A program made the position numbers and the translations under genes. A DNA stretch of 64,000 nt. Origin: Candidatus Peribacteria bacterium RIFCSPHIGHO2_02_FULL_49_16. GTDB taxonomy: Bacteria > Patescibacteriota > Gracilibacteria > Peribacterales > Peribacteraceae. Shown in pieces: positions 38,297 to 46,900 of the stretch. The stretch lies in assembly GCA_001788955.1 (NCBI GenBank), contig MFXT01000019.1, positions 6,331-70,330 of the forward strand, in the 5' to 3' direction. Numbering within the stretch: position 1 is the stretch's first letter; every line of letters starts with the position of its first letter. The notes under the pieces are model-generated. The model was given only the letters and a program-made list of their open reading frames with translations. It was not told the origin of the DNA and searched no databases.

Positions 38297-38827
38297 ACTG
38301 ATTATCATCGTAACAATATGGGTAAATTAGACTTTCGAAAGCTATCAAAGAACGATCTTGTCGATCTTGAGGAGGAACTCTGGAAAACGCTAAAGGGAAT
38401 GCGAGCATTAAAAAAGGACCCCTCTCTCCTTTTTCGAGATCTTCTCACGATGAGTGAAGTCATCATGCTCGCACGACGTATCCAAATAGCAAAACTCCTT
38501 ATGTGCGGTCACTCACAACAGGATATATGCTCGAAGCTGTGCGTCGGACTCTCCACCGTTCAATCCATTGATCGATGGCTTCGAGAAAAATTTGAAGATT
38601 ATCGTGATGTCCTCCCCGATCTCTATAGAAAAACATGCGCTCTACAGAGACAAAAGGACCGTAAATGTGCACCTATTGATCCCTACTCTTTCCGATGGCT
38701 TCGACGAAAATACCCCCTCCATTTTCTCCTTTTTACTATTGTCCTTAACGACCTTCATTTTGATTTCCATGAAACTCACCCCACAAATAGGAAATATACA
38801 CCGAAAAAATTGTCTCCTAAACACTAG
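38288..38827 (+). CDS. TrpR / YerC-YecD-like DNA-binding protein with a C-terminal extension
   Basis: The segment LLTMSEVIMLARRIQIAKLLMCGHSQQDICSKLCVGLSTVQSIDRWL matches the TrpR-related YerC/YecD pattern. The true start is uncertain (TTG 38288, ATG 38291 or ATG 38318). Confidence 0.7.
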   Translation: MMYTDYHRNNMGKLDFRKLSKNDLVDLEEELWKTLKGMRALKKDPSLLFRDLLTMSEVIMLARRIQIAKLLMCGHSQQDICSKLCVGLSTVQSIDRWLREKFEDYRDVLPDLYRKTCALQRQKDRKCAPIDPYSFRWLRRKYPLHFLLFTIVLNDLHFDFHETHPTNRKYTPKKLSPKH

Positions 38828-38837
38828 TAAAAATCTC

Positions 38838-38867
38838 ATACATCAATTAATTGATTAATTGATGTAT
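38838..38867. repeat. 30-bp perfect palindrome, copy 2 (ATACATCAATTAA-TTGA-TTAATTGATGTAT)
   Basis: 13-bp arms with a 4-nt spacer. It begins 11 nt after the stop of the TrpR-like ORF. Confidence 0.9.
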
Positions 38868-38932
38868 CTGTACATAGGATAGAATATCCTCGTCACTATG
38901 CAGCTCTTGTATCTGTGATAAGATAATCATGT

Positions 38933-39017
38933 GGGTCGGTACCGAAGTGGTCAAACGGGCCTGACTGTAAATCAGGTGGCTTCGCCTTCGGGGGTTCGAG
39001 TCCCTCCCGGCCCACCA
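38933..39017 (+). tRNA. tRNA-Tyr (anticodon GTA), long variable arm, CCA encoded
   Basis: Manual fold. Acceptor stem is GGGTCGG/CCGGCCC, anticodon stem CCTGA/TCAGG with loop CTGTAAA. A class II variable arm and a TTCGAGT T-loop are present. Confidence 0.93.
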
Positions 39018-39020
39018 TTC

Positions 39021-39088
39021 GACTCGGCCCTTCGGGCCTCGCTCATGGTCGTCGCCCCTTCGGGGCTCCGGCCACGACTTCGCCGAGC
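39021..39088 (+). other. GC-rich structured segment immediately 3' of tRNA-Tyr
   Basis: Two similar hairpins, GGCCC-TTC-GGGCC and GCCCC-TTC-GGGGC, are nested within the longer-range complementarities CTCGGC/GCCGAG and GTCGT/ACGAC. No plausible ORF is present. Confidence 0.5.
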
Positions 39089-39159
39089 TGAAAACCCCAA
39101 CACAATACACAAAACATGCTCACTTCTGTTTTGGCGTTATTGATTTTCTGCGATAGACC

Positions 39160-39822
39160 ATGAGTCAGACGAATGAGGCGAATGACAGTGTTTACCTTGA
39201 GGAATTGAAGGGAGTGAAGTGCGGTGTGGCGGAAAAAATGAGGGAGAAAAGATTGTGCTATGATGGAGTCATGCTGAAGAAATCGAATATTGCATTTATC
39301 GATGGTCAAAATTTGCATCTGGGTACGACAAAACAACAATGGAAAATTGATCTTCGCAAGTTCCGCACCTACCTGAAAGACAAGTATGCCGTCATCGAAG
39401 CGCGTTATCACTTGGGTTTCGTGTCGGAAGAAGAACAGGACTTGTATACCAATCTTCAAATGTGCGGTTTTGTCGTGCAGTTTCGCGAGCACGGTTCGGC
39501 ATTGAAGGGCAAGAAGAAGGGCAATGTGGATACCGATATTGTCTTTGAGGCTATGAAAATACTCACGGAAAAAGATGTTGCCCATAACATTATTTTGGTG
39601 TCGGGTGACGGTGACTATCGGAAACTTGTGGATTATCTGATCGAAAAAAAACGATTCAAAAAGATTCTCTTCCCCAATAGAAAATTCGCTTCTTCTTTGT
39701 ATAAGCATTTGCCACCGGCATATTACGATTATTTGGACAGCCCCGGAGTTCGCTCAAAAATCGCATTGAATGAAAAGCGGCAGAAAACAGGATTCACTAT
39801 AAAAAAGAAAAGGTCTCCTTAG
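39160..39822 (+). CDS. NYN-domain (LabA/DUF88-like) protein, putative RNase
   Basis: Motifs IAFIDGQNLH, KGNVDTDIVFEAM and ILVSGDGDYRKLVDYL. Confidence 0.85.
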   Translation: MSQTNEANDSVYLEELKGVKCGVAEKMREKRLCYDGVMLKKSNIAFIDGQNLHLGTTKQQWKIDLRKFRTYLKDKYAVIEARYHLGFVSEEEQDLYTNLQMCGFVVQFREHGSALKGKKKGNVDTDIVFEAMKILTEKDVAHNIILVSGDGDYRKLVDYLIEKKRFKKILFPNRKFASSLYKHLPPAYYDYLDSPGVRSKIALNEKRQKTGFTIKKKRSP

Positions 39823-40309
39823 GCACCGACACCGTTTGGATCCCTCTTCCTCTTGATATGCCGTCAGTATATGGATTGTATATTCCTCGATCAAGTATTT
39901 TCTCTATTCACCGATCCCACTTTCCAGCAACATGGTTTCTTGCATTTTGTACAGTACTGTTCGCCGTTTTCGTGAACAGCACCACAGATGCATGATGAAT
40001 TGCAACACGACGAGCGGATATTTGCCCGCTGTTCTCGTGAAATTTTTCTTCGAGTGTCGATGGAAAGATGTTCTTCACAGTACTGCTTCCCATGTGTTTC
40101 TTTCCCACAGGATTGGACCGGACAGAATTCATGTTTTTTGGGCAAAGGAAGAGGGTGAAAGAAGCACGCAATCGCGTGAAAGAAAGTATAGGCGTTTTTA
40201 CATCATTTTCACAGAAAAAGCCTCCTTTTCTCCATTACTTCCTTTTATGGACGCAAATGGCATGTTTTTTTGTATCTATCCCACAGAAAAAGGCGTAAAG
40301 TGCTCGTAC

Positions 40310-41539
40310 ATGAATTCTGGTAGGGATTTCCCTAAAATAGTGTCCGATTTTTCGACATTAGGCATTGCTCCGGCAATCCTCCGCGTTCTTCACACTCGGG
40401 GCATCTCTGTGCCGACGCCCATTCAACATCAGGCGATTCCATTGGTTCTGGAAGGAAAAGATTGCATCGGTATTGCTCAAACGGGAACGGGAAAAACATT
40501 TGCTTTTGGTTTACCGATGCTGCAGAAGCTTGCGGCGGGCAGGAAGAGAGCGCTCGTTATCCTCCCCACGCGCGAGCTTGCCTATCAGATTGAAGAGGCG
40601 CTTTTGCCTTTTGCATCCCCGCTTGGCATCCGTATGGCGGTCTTCGTCGGTGGCGCTCCCATGCATAAACAGCGACAGATGCTGAAAACAAATCCGCGCA
40701 TTCTGATTGCGACTCCAGGCCGCCTGAATGACCATCTTCAGGAAAAAACCGTTTCATTGCAGGAAGTGGAGATTCTTGTGCTCGATGAAGCAGACCGGAT
40801 GCTCGATATGGGATTTAAGCCGCAAATTGATCGTATCCTTTCTCATGTTCCTCGCGCACGTCAGACTCTTCTTTTTTCGGCAACGATGCCGCAGGAAATT
40901 GTTCGTCTTGCAACAAAAGAGATGCATCTGCCGTTGCGTATTGAAGTTGCTCCTTCGGGAACAGCGGCGGCGAAAGTGGAACAGGAAGTCATTATTGTCC
41001 GACAACAGGACAAACAAATGCTGCTTCTGGAACTTCTCAAGGAATACATGGGACAAGTTCTCGTCTTTTCGCGCACGAAGCACGGTGCCAAAAAAATCAC
41101 ACGCGCATTGAATGAAAAACAGATGCATGCAGCGGAAATCCATGCTAACAGGTCGCTTCCTCAACGTCGCAGTGCACTGGCAGGATTTAAAAAAGGAACA
41201 TATCGGGTACTTGTGGCAACGGATATCGCTTCGCGCGGAATCGATGTAACCGACATCGCGATGGTCATCAATTTTGATCTTCCGGATGATTCGTCAGATT
41301 ACGTGCACCGCATCGGAAGAACGGGGCGGGCCGAACGCGAAGGCCGGGCGATTTCTTTTGCGACGCCCATGCAGGCTCAGAGTATTCGTGACATCGAGCG
41401 ACTGATTCGTGCGCCCCTTACTCGCAGAAAACACGTATCTCTGCCACAATTGGAGGTATCTGAAGAGCCATCAAGCAAGAAAAAACATCCTCACCACAGA
41501 TCGTACGGGCGTTCGCGCAAGTCATTTCGACGAAGGTAA
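40310..41539 (+). CDS. DEAD-box ATP-dependent RNA helicase
   Basis: Q-motif (PTPIQHQAIP), AQTGTGKT, VLDEADRMLDMGF, SAT and HRIGRTGRA, plus a basic C-terminal tail. The ORF-track extension back to 39932 has no helicase homology, so ATG 40310 is used. Confidence 0.95.
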   Translation: MNSGRDFPKIVSDFSTLGIAPAILRVLHTRGISVPTPIQHQAIPLVLEGKDCIGIAQTGTGKTFAFGLPMLQKLAAGRKRALVILPTRELAYQIEEALLPFASPLGIRMAVFVGGAPMHKQRQMLKTNPRILIATPGRLNDHLQEKTVSLQEVEILVLDEADRMLDMGFKPQIDRILSHVPRARQTLLFSATMPQEIVRLATKEMHLPLRIEVAPSGTAAAKVEQEVIIVRQQDKQMLLLELLKEYMGQVLVFSRTKHGAKKITRALNEKQMHAAEIHANRSLPQRRSALAGFKKGTYRVLVATDIASRGIDVTDIAMVINFDLPDDSSDYVHRIGRTGRAEREGRAISFATPMQAQSIRDIERLIRAPLTRRKHVSLPQLEVSEEPSSKKKHPHHRSYGRSRKSFRRR

Positions 41540-41632
41540 ATTGTTGTTGACTAATATTTATATTATAGTATTATAAATTATAGTACAGTGGAAGGACCAC
41601 TGTGATCATTCACATTGTGAAAGAGGTGAAAA

Positions 41633-42250
41633 ATGCTCGAAACGCGAAGTGTCTTCGGCATCCTTGTTGAAGGCAATGCTGTGCTTCTTTCGAAGCGAGC
41701 GGGCAAAGATTGGAAACTTCCCGGCGGACGTGTGAGGCAGGGCGAGAGTGATGCTGCTGCCGTAAGGCGCATCGTCAGTGAGGAAACGGGCCTTGAGGTG
41801 GAGGTATCTCATGTCTTCGGGCCAGAGAAAGTTTTTGAAGAGAATACCGCGGTCGCCTATGCATGTGGAGTAGTCGGTGGAACACTCATTTCCACCGAAG
41901 AATCGGTGCAATATGTCACCGCAGAGGATGTGAAAAGAGGATGGTTCTCCATTGCTCACAGGCGCAACGAGAGTGGCATGAGCGTCTTATCAGGATTCGA
42001 AAAGATCCAGATGAAGATCGTCGGACCCAAAGACCGCCTGGGGTGGATGGGGCGGATGGTCTGGGATGCTTTCTCCATCATGGAGACGGCGTCTACCGTT
42101 TCGATCAAGGATGACTTCGACTGGTCACCCTTTCAGCGCGGCTTGTTCATGAAAGGCAGTCGTATCTTCAGTTACGAAGGGTCCCAGCTCTTCTTCTGGC
42201 CTCGGCTTGATCCCACCTCGTCGACCGGCGTGATGATGAAGAGCGAATAA
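41633..42250 (+). CDS. NUDIX hydrolase with an uncharacterised C-terminal extension
   Basis: The Nudix box is GGRVRQGESDAAAVRRIVSEETGLEV. About 90 additional residues follow, with no motif that I recognise. Confidence 0.85.
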   Translation: MLETRSVFGILVEGNAVLLSKRAGKDWKLPGGRVRQGESDAAAVRRIVSEETGLEVEVSHVFGPEKVFEENTAVAYACGVVGGTLISTEESVQYVTAEDVKRGWFSIAHRRNESGMSVLSGFEKIQMKIVGPKDRLGWMGRMVWDAFSIMETASTVSIKDDFDWSPFQRGLFMKGSRIFSYEGSQLFFWPRLDPTSSTGVMMKSE

Positions 42251-42262
42251 CTGCCTGTTTTT

Positions 42263-42298
42263 ACCCGCTTCCCAGAAAGGGAAGCGGGTTTTCTTTTA
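42263..42298 (+). terminator. Rho-independent terminator
   Basis: Hairpin ACCCGCTTCCC-AGAAA-GGGAAGCGGGT followed by TTTCTTTTA. Confidence 0.8.
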
Positions 42299-42332
42299 TC
42301 TCTTCATAAGTGCAAGGTATACTCTTTCATCT

Positions 42333-42905
42333 ATGACAACTTTCCTTTTCGATCCCGCACACAGCAGCGTGAACTTTGCCATTCGTCATATCATGATCAG
42401 TAATGTACGTGGACATGTGTCGAATGTCCGAGGATGGCTGGAATTTGATTTGGAGAAATGGATATTGACCGCTCTTGAAGCGCGAATGGATTTGAAAGAT
42501 TTCTGTACGGGAAATGCCGGTCGGGATGAGCATGTACGCGGACCGGATTTTTTCGATGCGGAAACGTTTCCCACGATTACTTTTCAAAGTACAAAAATCG
42601 AGCGATTGACTGCCGCAGATCACCGAGTGACCGGTGCGTTGCGCATCCGAGGCAGAGAGAAAGAGGTGACATTTGATGTGCATTCCCTCGGTATTTGGGA
42701 GATTCCACAGAAAGAATCGGATACAACCGCACCAAGCATCGCTTTTACCGGCTGCACCATCATTGATCGTCGAGATTTTGGTATACACTGGAACCAGCCG
42801 ATTCCGAATGGAGGACTGGGTTTAAGTAATGATGTCTCGATCACCCTCGATATCGAAGCGCGCGAAAAGCACACAGATGAAGAATGTCCGGTGTGTGCGG
42901 GATAA
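42333..42905 (+). CDS. YceI-like (polyisoprenoid-binding) domain protein
   Basis: Motifs DPAHSSVNFAIRH, FPTITFQSTKIE and VTGALRIRGREKEVTFDV. Confidence 0.85.
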   Translation: MTTFLFDPAHSSVNFAIRHIMISNVRGHVSNVRGWLEFDLEKWILTALEARMDLKDFCTGNAGRDEHVRGPDFFDAETFPTITFQSTKIERLTAADHRVTGALRIRGREKEVTFDVHSLGIWEIPQKESDTTAPSIAFTGCTIIDRRDFGIHWNQPIPNGGLGLSNDVSITLDIEAREKHTDEECPVCAG

Positions 42906-42916
42906 AAAACTTCTCC

Positions 42917-44212
42917 CTATAATACCTTCCCCGCCACCAACTCCATTCCGTTTGCTCCGTCATATTTGTCGATCAGCGAACGCCAGAGAGGTTTAGCATA
43001 GGTGGAAATAAATTGTTTGCTCTGCTTAGTGCCGTCGGGGAAGGTGATCGTACGCACCCATCCGATTTCACCGGCGTCTAAAGCACGCAATGTTTTTGGG
43101 GATTGTGCATTGTTCCGTGAAAAGTACGGGCCGTCGAGATTGATCGCGCGTTCGTCATCGTTACCGAAGATGTGGAGAAGTGAAGTATCGCCCTCTGAAG
43201 CATATTGAATAATGAGGTAATCACGAGTGTCATTTTTGAATTGAAAATCGTGATATCCGGGAAAGATCGTCGCATCAAGACCGATTCCAAATAACGCATA
43301 CTGATCCACAAACAGGCTGTGATTTTTTTGTTCAATAATGGGAAGCCCCGCGAGCAATGCCGCACGATAAAGCGTGGTTGATGTTTGACAGATGCCTCCG
43401 CCGGGCGTCGGAGCGGCGCCTCCTCCAAAGAGTCCGAGCGCCTCCTTCCATCCTTTTTGAAAGGTAATCGGTGTATCGAGCGCGGCGATCATGGAGAATG
43501 TTTCTCCGGGTGGAATGATGATGTTGTGCAAGTGTTCGGTGAAGGACTTTTTTAAATTATGCAGACGCTCTGGTGGGGAACCGGATGTATTTGAAATGCC
43601 GGATGCAAGCAGGGATAGGCGACGGGGAGGCTCACCGGGAAGGGCGATAAAAAGTGAGTTGTCCTGATATTCTGCATCAATCGTCACGTCCAGAGACTCA
43701 TCCATAAGCGCTTTCGTAAAAACCCGCGCAACGGTCGCGGCATCAAACACGTAACCTGGCTGCGCAGATCCTTGCATCAATCCACGCAGGACATTTTCCT
43801 GATCACGTTCTGCAGAAACAAGGGTACTTTCTTTTGGGAGAGGCAGTTCGGCGATTTCTCCATTTTCCAGTGATGCACGCACTGCCCATGCATTGATAGA
43901 GAACCATTTGGTTGAGAAGAGCGTTCTGCTCGAAAGCCACTCTGGAAAATCCGCAACACGCAAAGTAAAGGATCGCGGTTTCTCTTTGGAATTCACATGG
44001 ACGACAACTTCGCGCAAGAGGAATTTTGCACGATTATTTTCCGGCGACGGCGGCGCTGCTCTCTGCAGATTGACAGTATGCACTTCTTGTGCTGAAAGAA
44101 TTCTAAAGAGGGGAATGGCACTCTGTACCAAATACATAGTTGCAACGAATGCAAATGTGACAGAGAAACCCATTAAAAAGGCTTTTTTTAGTATTTTTGT
44201 ATGTGTGTTCAT
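42917..44212 (-). CDS. VanW-family protein
   Basis: N-terminal anchor. The VanW core is GGGICQTSTTLYRAALLAGLPIIEQKNHSLFV...DATIF...FKNDT. Confidence 0.85.
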   Translation of the reverse strand: MNTHTKILKKAFLMGFSVTFAFVATMYLVQSAIPLFRILSAQEVHTVNLQRAAPPSPENNRAKFLLREVVVHVNSKEKPRSFTLRVADFPEWLSSRTLFSTKWFSINAWAVRASLENGEIAELPLPKESTLVSAERDQENVLRGLMQGSAQPGYVFDAATVARVFTKALMDESLDVTIDAEYQDNSLFIALPGEPPRRLSLLASGISNTSGSPPERLHNLKKSFTEHLHNIIIPPGETFSMIAALDTPITFQKGWKEALGLFGGGAAPTPGGGICQTSTTLYRAALLAGLPIIEQKNHSLFVDQYALFGIGLDATIFPGYHDFQFKNDTRDYLIIQYASEGDTSLLHIFGNDDERAINLDGPYFSRNNAQSPKTLRALDAGEIGWVRTITFPDGTKQSKQFISTYAKPLWRSLIDKYDGANGMELVAGKVL

Positions 44213-44253
44213 TACTTATATATTATATAATATTATTAGTAATATGTAAAGTA

Positions 44254-44898
44254 ATGTATCATTCTCCTTCTATGCGTCATTGGCAGAACATCGTTTTTAT
44301 TTTCATTATTCTTTTCATCATTGCCTTTGGATTGTGGCAATCCCAATGGGATATCCGCATATTTGAAGAGAGCATGGAAATGCACCCGTTTCTTTCTGCA
44401 ATGGCATATGTCCTTTTTCTCATTGGGTCCATTGTCCTTTTACCCTTCTCTTCTTTGCCGCTCCTGCCACTGGCTGCGCGCATTTTTGGTGTGTGGATGA
44501 CGGGAATTTTAAGCATTATCGGGTGGTGGATAGGGTGTCTTATCGCGTTTCAGATTGCTCGCATGGGACGAAGAGTTCTGGAGAAATTCGTCTCTTTCAA
44601 AGCAGTCGATCACATCGAAAAACGCATTCCGCCGGACATCGGTTTTCTGGGAATCGTCGTTTTGCGCATGTTACTTCCAACGGATATGACGAGTTATGTC
44701 TTGGGACTGCTCAAGAATCTGCGCTTTTCGATATATGCCACCGCTTCGCTTCTTGGCATCATTCCGTTTGCTTTTGTCTGGAGTTATGCGGGAGGGGAGA
44801 TTGGAAAGGGGGATTTCTTCAGTGGAGCCGTTATTCTTCTTATACTATGTATCACAGTAATCTTCTTAAGAAAACTTCAACATAAAAGACGTATTTAG
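44254..44898 (+). CDS. TVP38/TMEM64 (DedA-related) family membrane protein
   Basis: 5-6 TM helices with LLPFSSLPLLPLAARIFG...IGCLIAFQIARMGRR. The start is moved to ATG 44254 to avoid overlapping the vanW-like gene. Confidence 0.7.
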   Translation: MYHSPSMRHWQNIVFIFIILFIIAFGLWQSQWDIRIFEESMEMHPFLSAMAYVLFLIGSIVLLPFSSLPLLPLAARIFGVWMTGILSIIGWWIGCLIAFQIARMGRRVLEKFVSFKAVDHIEKRIPPDIGFLGIVVLRMLLPTDMTSYVLGLLKNLRFSIYATASLLGIIPFAFVWSYAGGEIGKGDFFSGAVILLILCITVIFLRKLQHKRRI

Positions 44899-44967
44899 AT
44901 ACATTTTATAAAATGCTCAATCACAAAAAAGGGACAGTTAAGTAAACTTAACATATCATTCCATGAT

Positions 44968-45369
44968 ATGGATGAAGAATTCTCATCATTAGAGCTTCAT
45001 CACATGGATCAAACCGCGATACGTGAGTCTTTGAAAGAGGATTTTCTGGACAGCGTGCGCAGGAAATATCACAAAGATGTGACAAAATTACAGGTCAAAA
45101 CGAGAGAAAGAATATCGAGTACGTTACAACGTCTTTGTGATCAGATGAATGAGAAGTTGAAAAAGATTTCTCTGGAGAAAAGCAAACGAGCATTTATCGA
45201 GCATGGACAATCACAATGGGATCTTTGTCTTCAAACTATCAAGAATCAGATGTATGACAAGATTCGTAGTATGCAGAACGACCTCTGTTATCAAGAACGA
45301 AATATCGAAAAATACTGTCGAAGATATAACGACGTGTATGCAAGCATGACGGAAGAAAAACATTTTTAA
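44968..45369 (+). CDS. Hypothetical protein (charged, probably coiled-coil)
   Basis: 133-aa ORF rich in K/E/Q. I recognise no motif. Confidence 0.45.
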   Translation: MDEEFSSLELHHMDQTAIRESLKEDFLDSVRRKYHKDVTKLQVKTRERISSTLQRLCDQMNEKLKKISLEKSKRAFIEHGQSQWDLCLQTIKNQMYDKIRSMQNDLCYQERNIEKYCRRYNDVYASMTEEKHF

Positions 45370-45481
45370 ACACAAAGAGTACATTCATGCAATAAACAGT
45401 ATGTGTGTCTATACCATAAACCAGACAAACACCACACGCGTTTATATTTCGATTCATGAGGAGTTCTTTTATGATATCATC

Positions 45482-46069
45482 ATGCCTGTTCACACCAACT
45501 GGATCGTCTTTGGCGGTTCACCCAGCTCCGGAAAAACGACGACGCTCCGCGAGCTTATCAAGCTCGGACACAAGGTTATTCCCGACACCGCACGGGCATT
45601 TGTGGAATTTGAATTGAGCAAAGGAAAGAGCTTGCAGGAAATTCGTGGAAATCCGAAAGATTTTCAGCCGCAAGTTGCACAATTTTTTATTGAACGTGAG
45701 AGAAACATCTCTGCAAACGACTGTTTGTTTCTTGATTACGGTTTACCCGATGCACTTTCTTTCAGTATGCATCTGAAGTTGGAAATCGAGAACGTAGTCA
45801 AAGCATGTCAGGAAAATCGCTATCGACAGGTATTTCTCTTCGATCGTCTTCCTCTGGAGCGTGATAATGTTCGTACCGAAGACGAGCAGGAACTTTTTGC
45901 GCTTGATCGCCTGATCGAGTGCACATATAAGGAGATTGGATACGCGCCGATCCGTGTACCTCCGTATGCGGTTGACGAACGTGTGAGTTTTATCCTCACT
46001 CATCTTCTGCCCGAGATGCAGGAAGAATCGGCAACGATGCGTTCGGCGCTTGTGGCACAAAGTGCATAA
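45482..46069 (+). CDS. P-loop ATPase of the AAA_28 / NadR-kinase-like type
   Basis: Walker A FGGSPSSGKTTT, an LFLDYG Walker B-like block, and the overall pattern of small NadR-type ATPases. The start is set at ATG 45482. Confidence 0.7.
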   Translation: MPVHTNWIVFGGSPSSGKTTTLRELIKLGHKVIPDTARAFVEFELSKGKSLQEIRGNPKDFQPQVAQFFIERERNISANDCLFLDYGLPDALSFSMHLKLEIENVVKACQENRYRQVFLFDRLPLERDNVRTEDEQELFALDRLIECTYKEIGYAPIRVPPYAVDERVSFILTHLLPEMQEESATMRSALVAQSA

Positions 46070-46900
46070 TTACTCTTTCGCTTGAGGGGGAGGAAGCGTG
46101 TCTTGAGGCGAAGATTTTTCTTTTTTTGTAAAGTGATCGGTGTAGTGTGTGAGATAAAAGATGATGCCAAATGCTAAAATAATACACAAAACAAGAGTAT
46201 AGAAAATAATGCGTAATAGTGAGTGTATGCGTCCACTTACCGATGCCAGTGAATCCTCCGTATCTTCTTTCACCGCATTTTCCGTATTTTCTATGATTAT
46301 TTCTTTCATTTCCATTTCCTTCACATCTCCTCGTACAAGGGAAAATTCAAGAGAAATGGGAACAGAAGCGCTTGTCAGGACAACATTCCCTTTCAGTTCC
46401 GTATCGGTGTATATGCCGCCGATAGTGAGTGCATAGATTTCGTTGTCATTTTGAAATGAAAATTCTTCCCACGAACCGGACGTTTTGAAAGATTCTTTAT
46501 GGAGAGTGCCGCTCAAAAGAGAATAGGTGTCGAGCTGATCACCGTTGAGTCTTCCCTGTGACACCGCTTGCATGCCCAGTATGCTTCCGGTGAACATGTA
46601 GAGCACCGAACCGTTATTCCATTCATCTGCAAGAAAAAAAACCATTTTATAGGTATCACCGCTGTTGTAATCTGTCAGCGCATCACAATGAAAAAATCGT
46701 CCTCCTTCTCCTTTTGTGGAGATGCATGACATGTCCCCATCCATATACAGTGCGGAAAACATGCCGTTCCATTCGTGAGAAACATCGTTTTCTTGTGCAT
46801 CGGCATAAGAAAACGGAAGCAGCAGGATGCAAAGAAAGACTGTGCACGATACGCGAATCACGAAACAAACTGTAGCACATAATCCGTATTCACAAAACAC
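46070..46900 (-). CDS. Hypothetical exported protein with a C-terminal TM anchor
   Basis: 276 aa with an N-terminal signal-like helix and a C-terminal TM helix (IIFYTLVLCIILAFGIIFYL). Confidence 0.55.
   Translation of the reverse strand: MFCEYGLCATVCFVIRVSCTVFLCILLLPFSYADAQENDVSHEWNGMFSALYMDGDMSCISTKGEGGRFFHCDALTDYNSGDTYKMVFFLADEWNNGSVLYMFTGSILGMQAVSQGRLNGDQLDTYSLLSGTLHKESFKTSGSWEEFSFQNDNEIYALTIGGIYTDTELKGNVVLTSASVPISLEFSLVRGDVKEMEMKEIIIENTENAVKEDTEDSLASVSGRIHSLLRIIFYTLVLCIILAFGIIFYLTHYTDHFTKKEKSSPQDTLPPPQAKE

Noticed and set aside
38847-39143. ORFs of 87 aa (minus strand) and 70 aa (plus strand) spanning tRNA-Tyr and its GC-rich flank.
   Set aside because: They run straight through a well-folded tRNA and its hairpin region. 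They are artefacts of GC-rich sequence that happens to lack stop codons.
39043-39708. 221-aa minus-strand ORF.
   Set aside because: It is antisense to the NYN-domain gene, which has clear motifs, and its translation has no recognisable features.
39932-40309. N-terminal 126-aa extension of the DEAD-box helicase ORF.
   Set aside because: It has no helicase homology, and the Q-motif region starts soon after ATG 40310. The extension is more likely a 5' UTR, or antisense to the Cys-rich ORF.
41547-41584. A promoter for the NUDIX gene in the AT-rich stretch TTGACTAATATTTATATTATAGTATTATAAATTATAGTA.
   Set aside because: The -35 hexamer is good, but several overlapping -10-like hexamers occur at non-optimal spacings, so I could not pick a defensible -10 element.
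44793-44822. Weak look-alikes of the mini-element: GCGGGAGGGGAGATTGGAAAGGGGGA in the TVP38-like gene, CTTGAGGGGGAGGAAG at 46082-46097, TCTCCCCTTGCGGGAG at 47744-47759, and the C-rich stretch at 29436-29470.
   Set aside because: Each matches only one arm or a short core, lacks the hairpin-plus-third-arm layout, and could arise by chance in Gly/Pro-coding sequence. They are worth rescoring only once a genome-wide profile exists.
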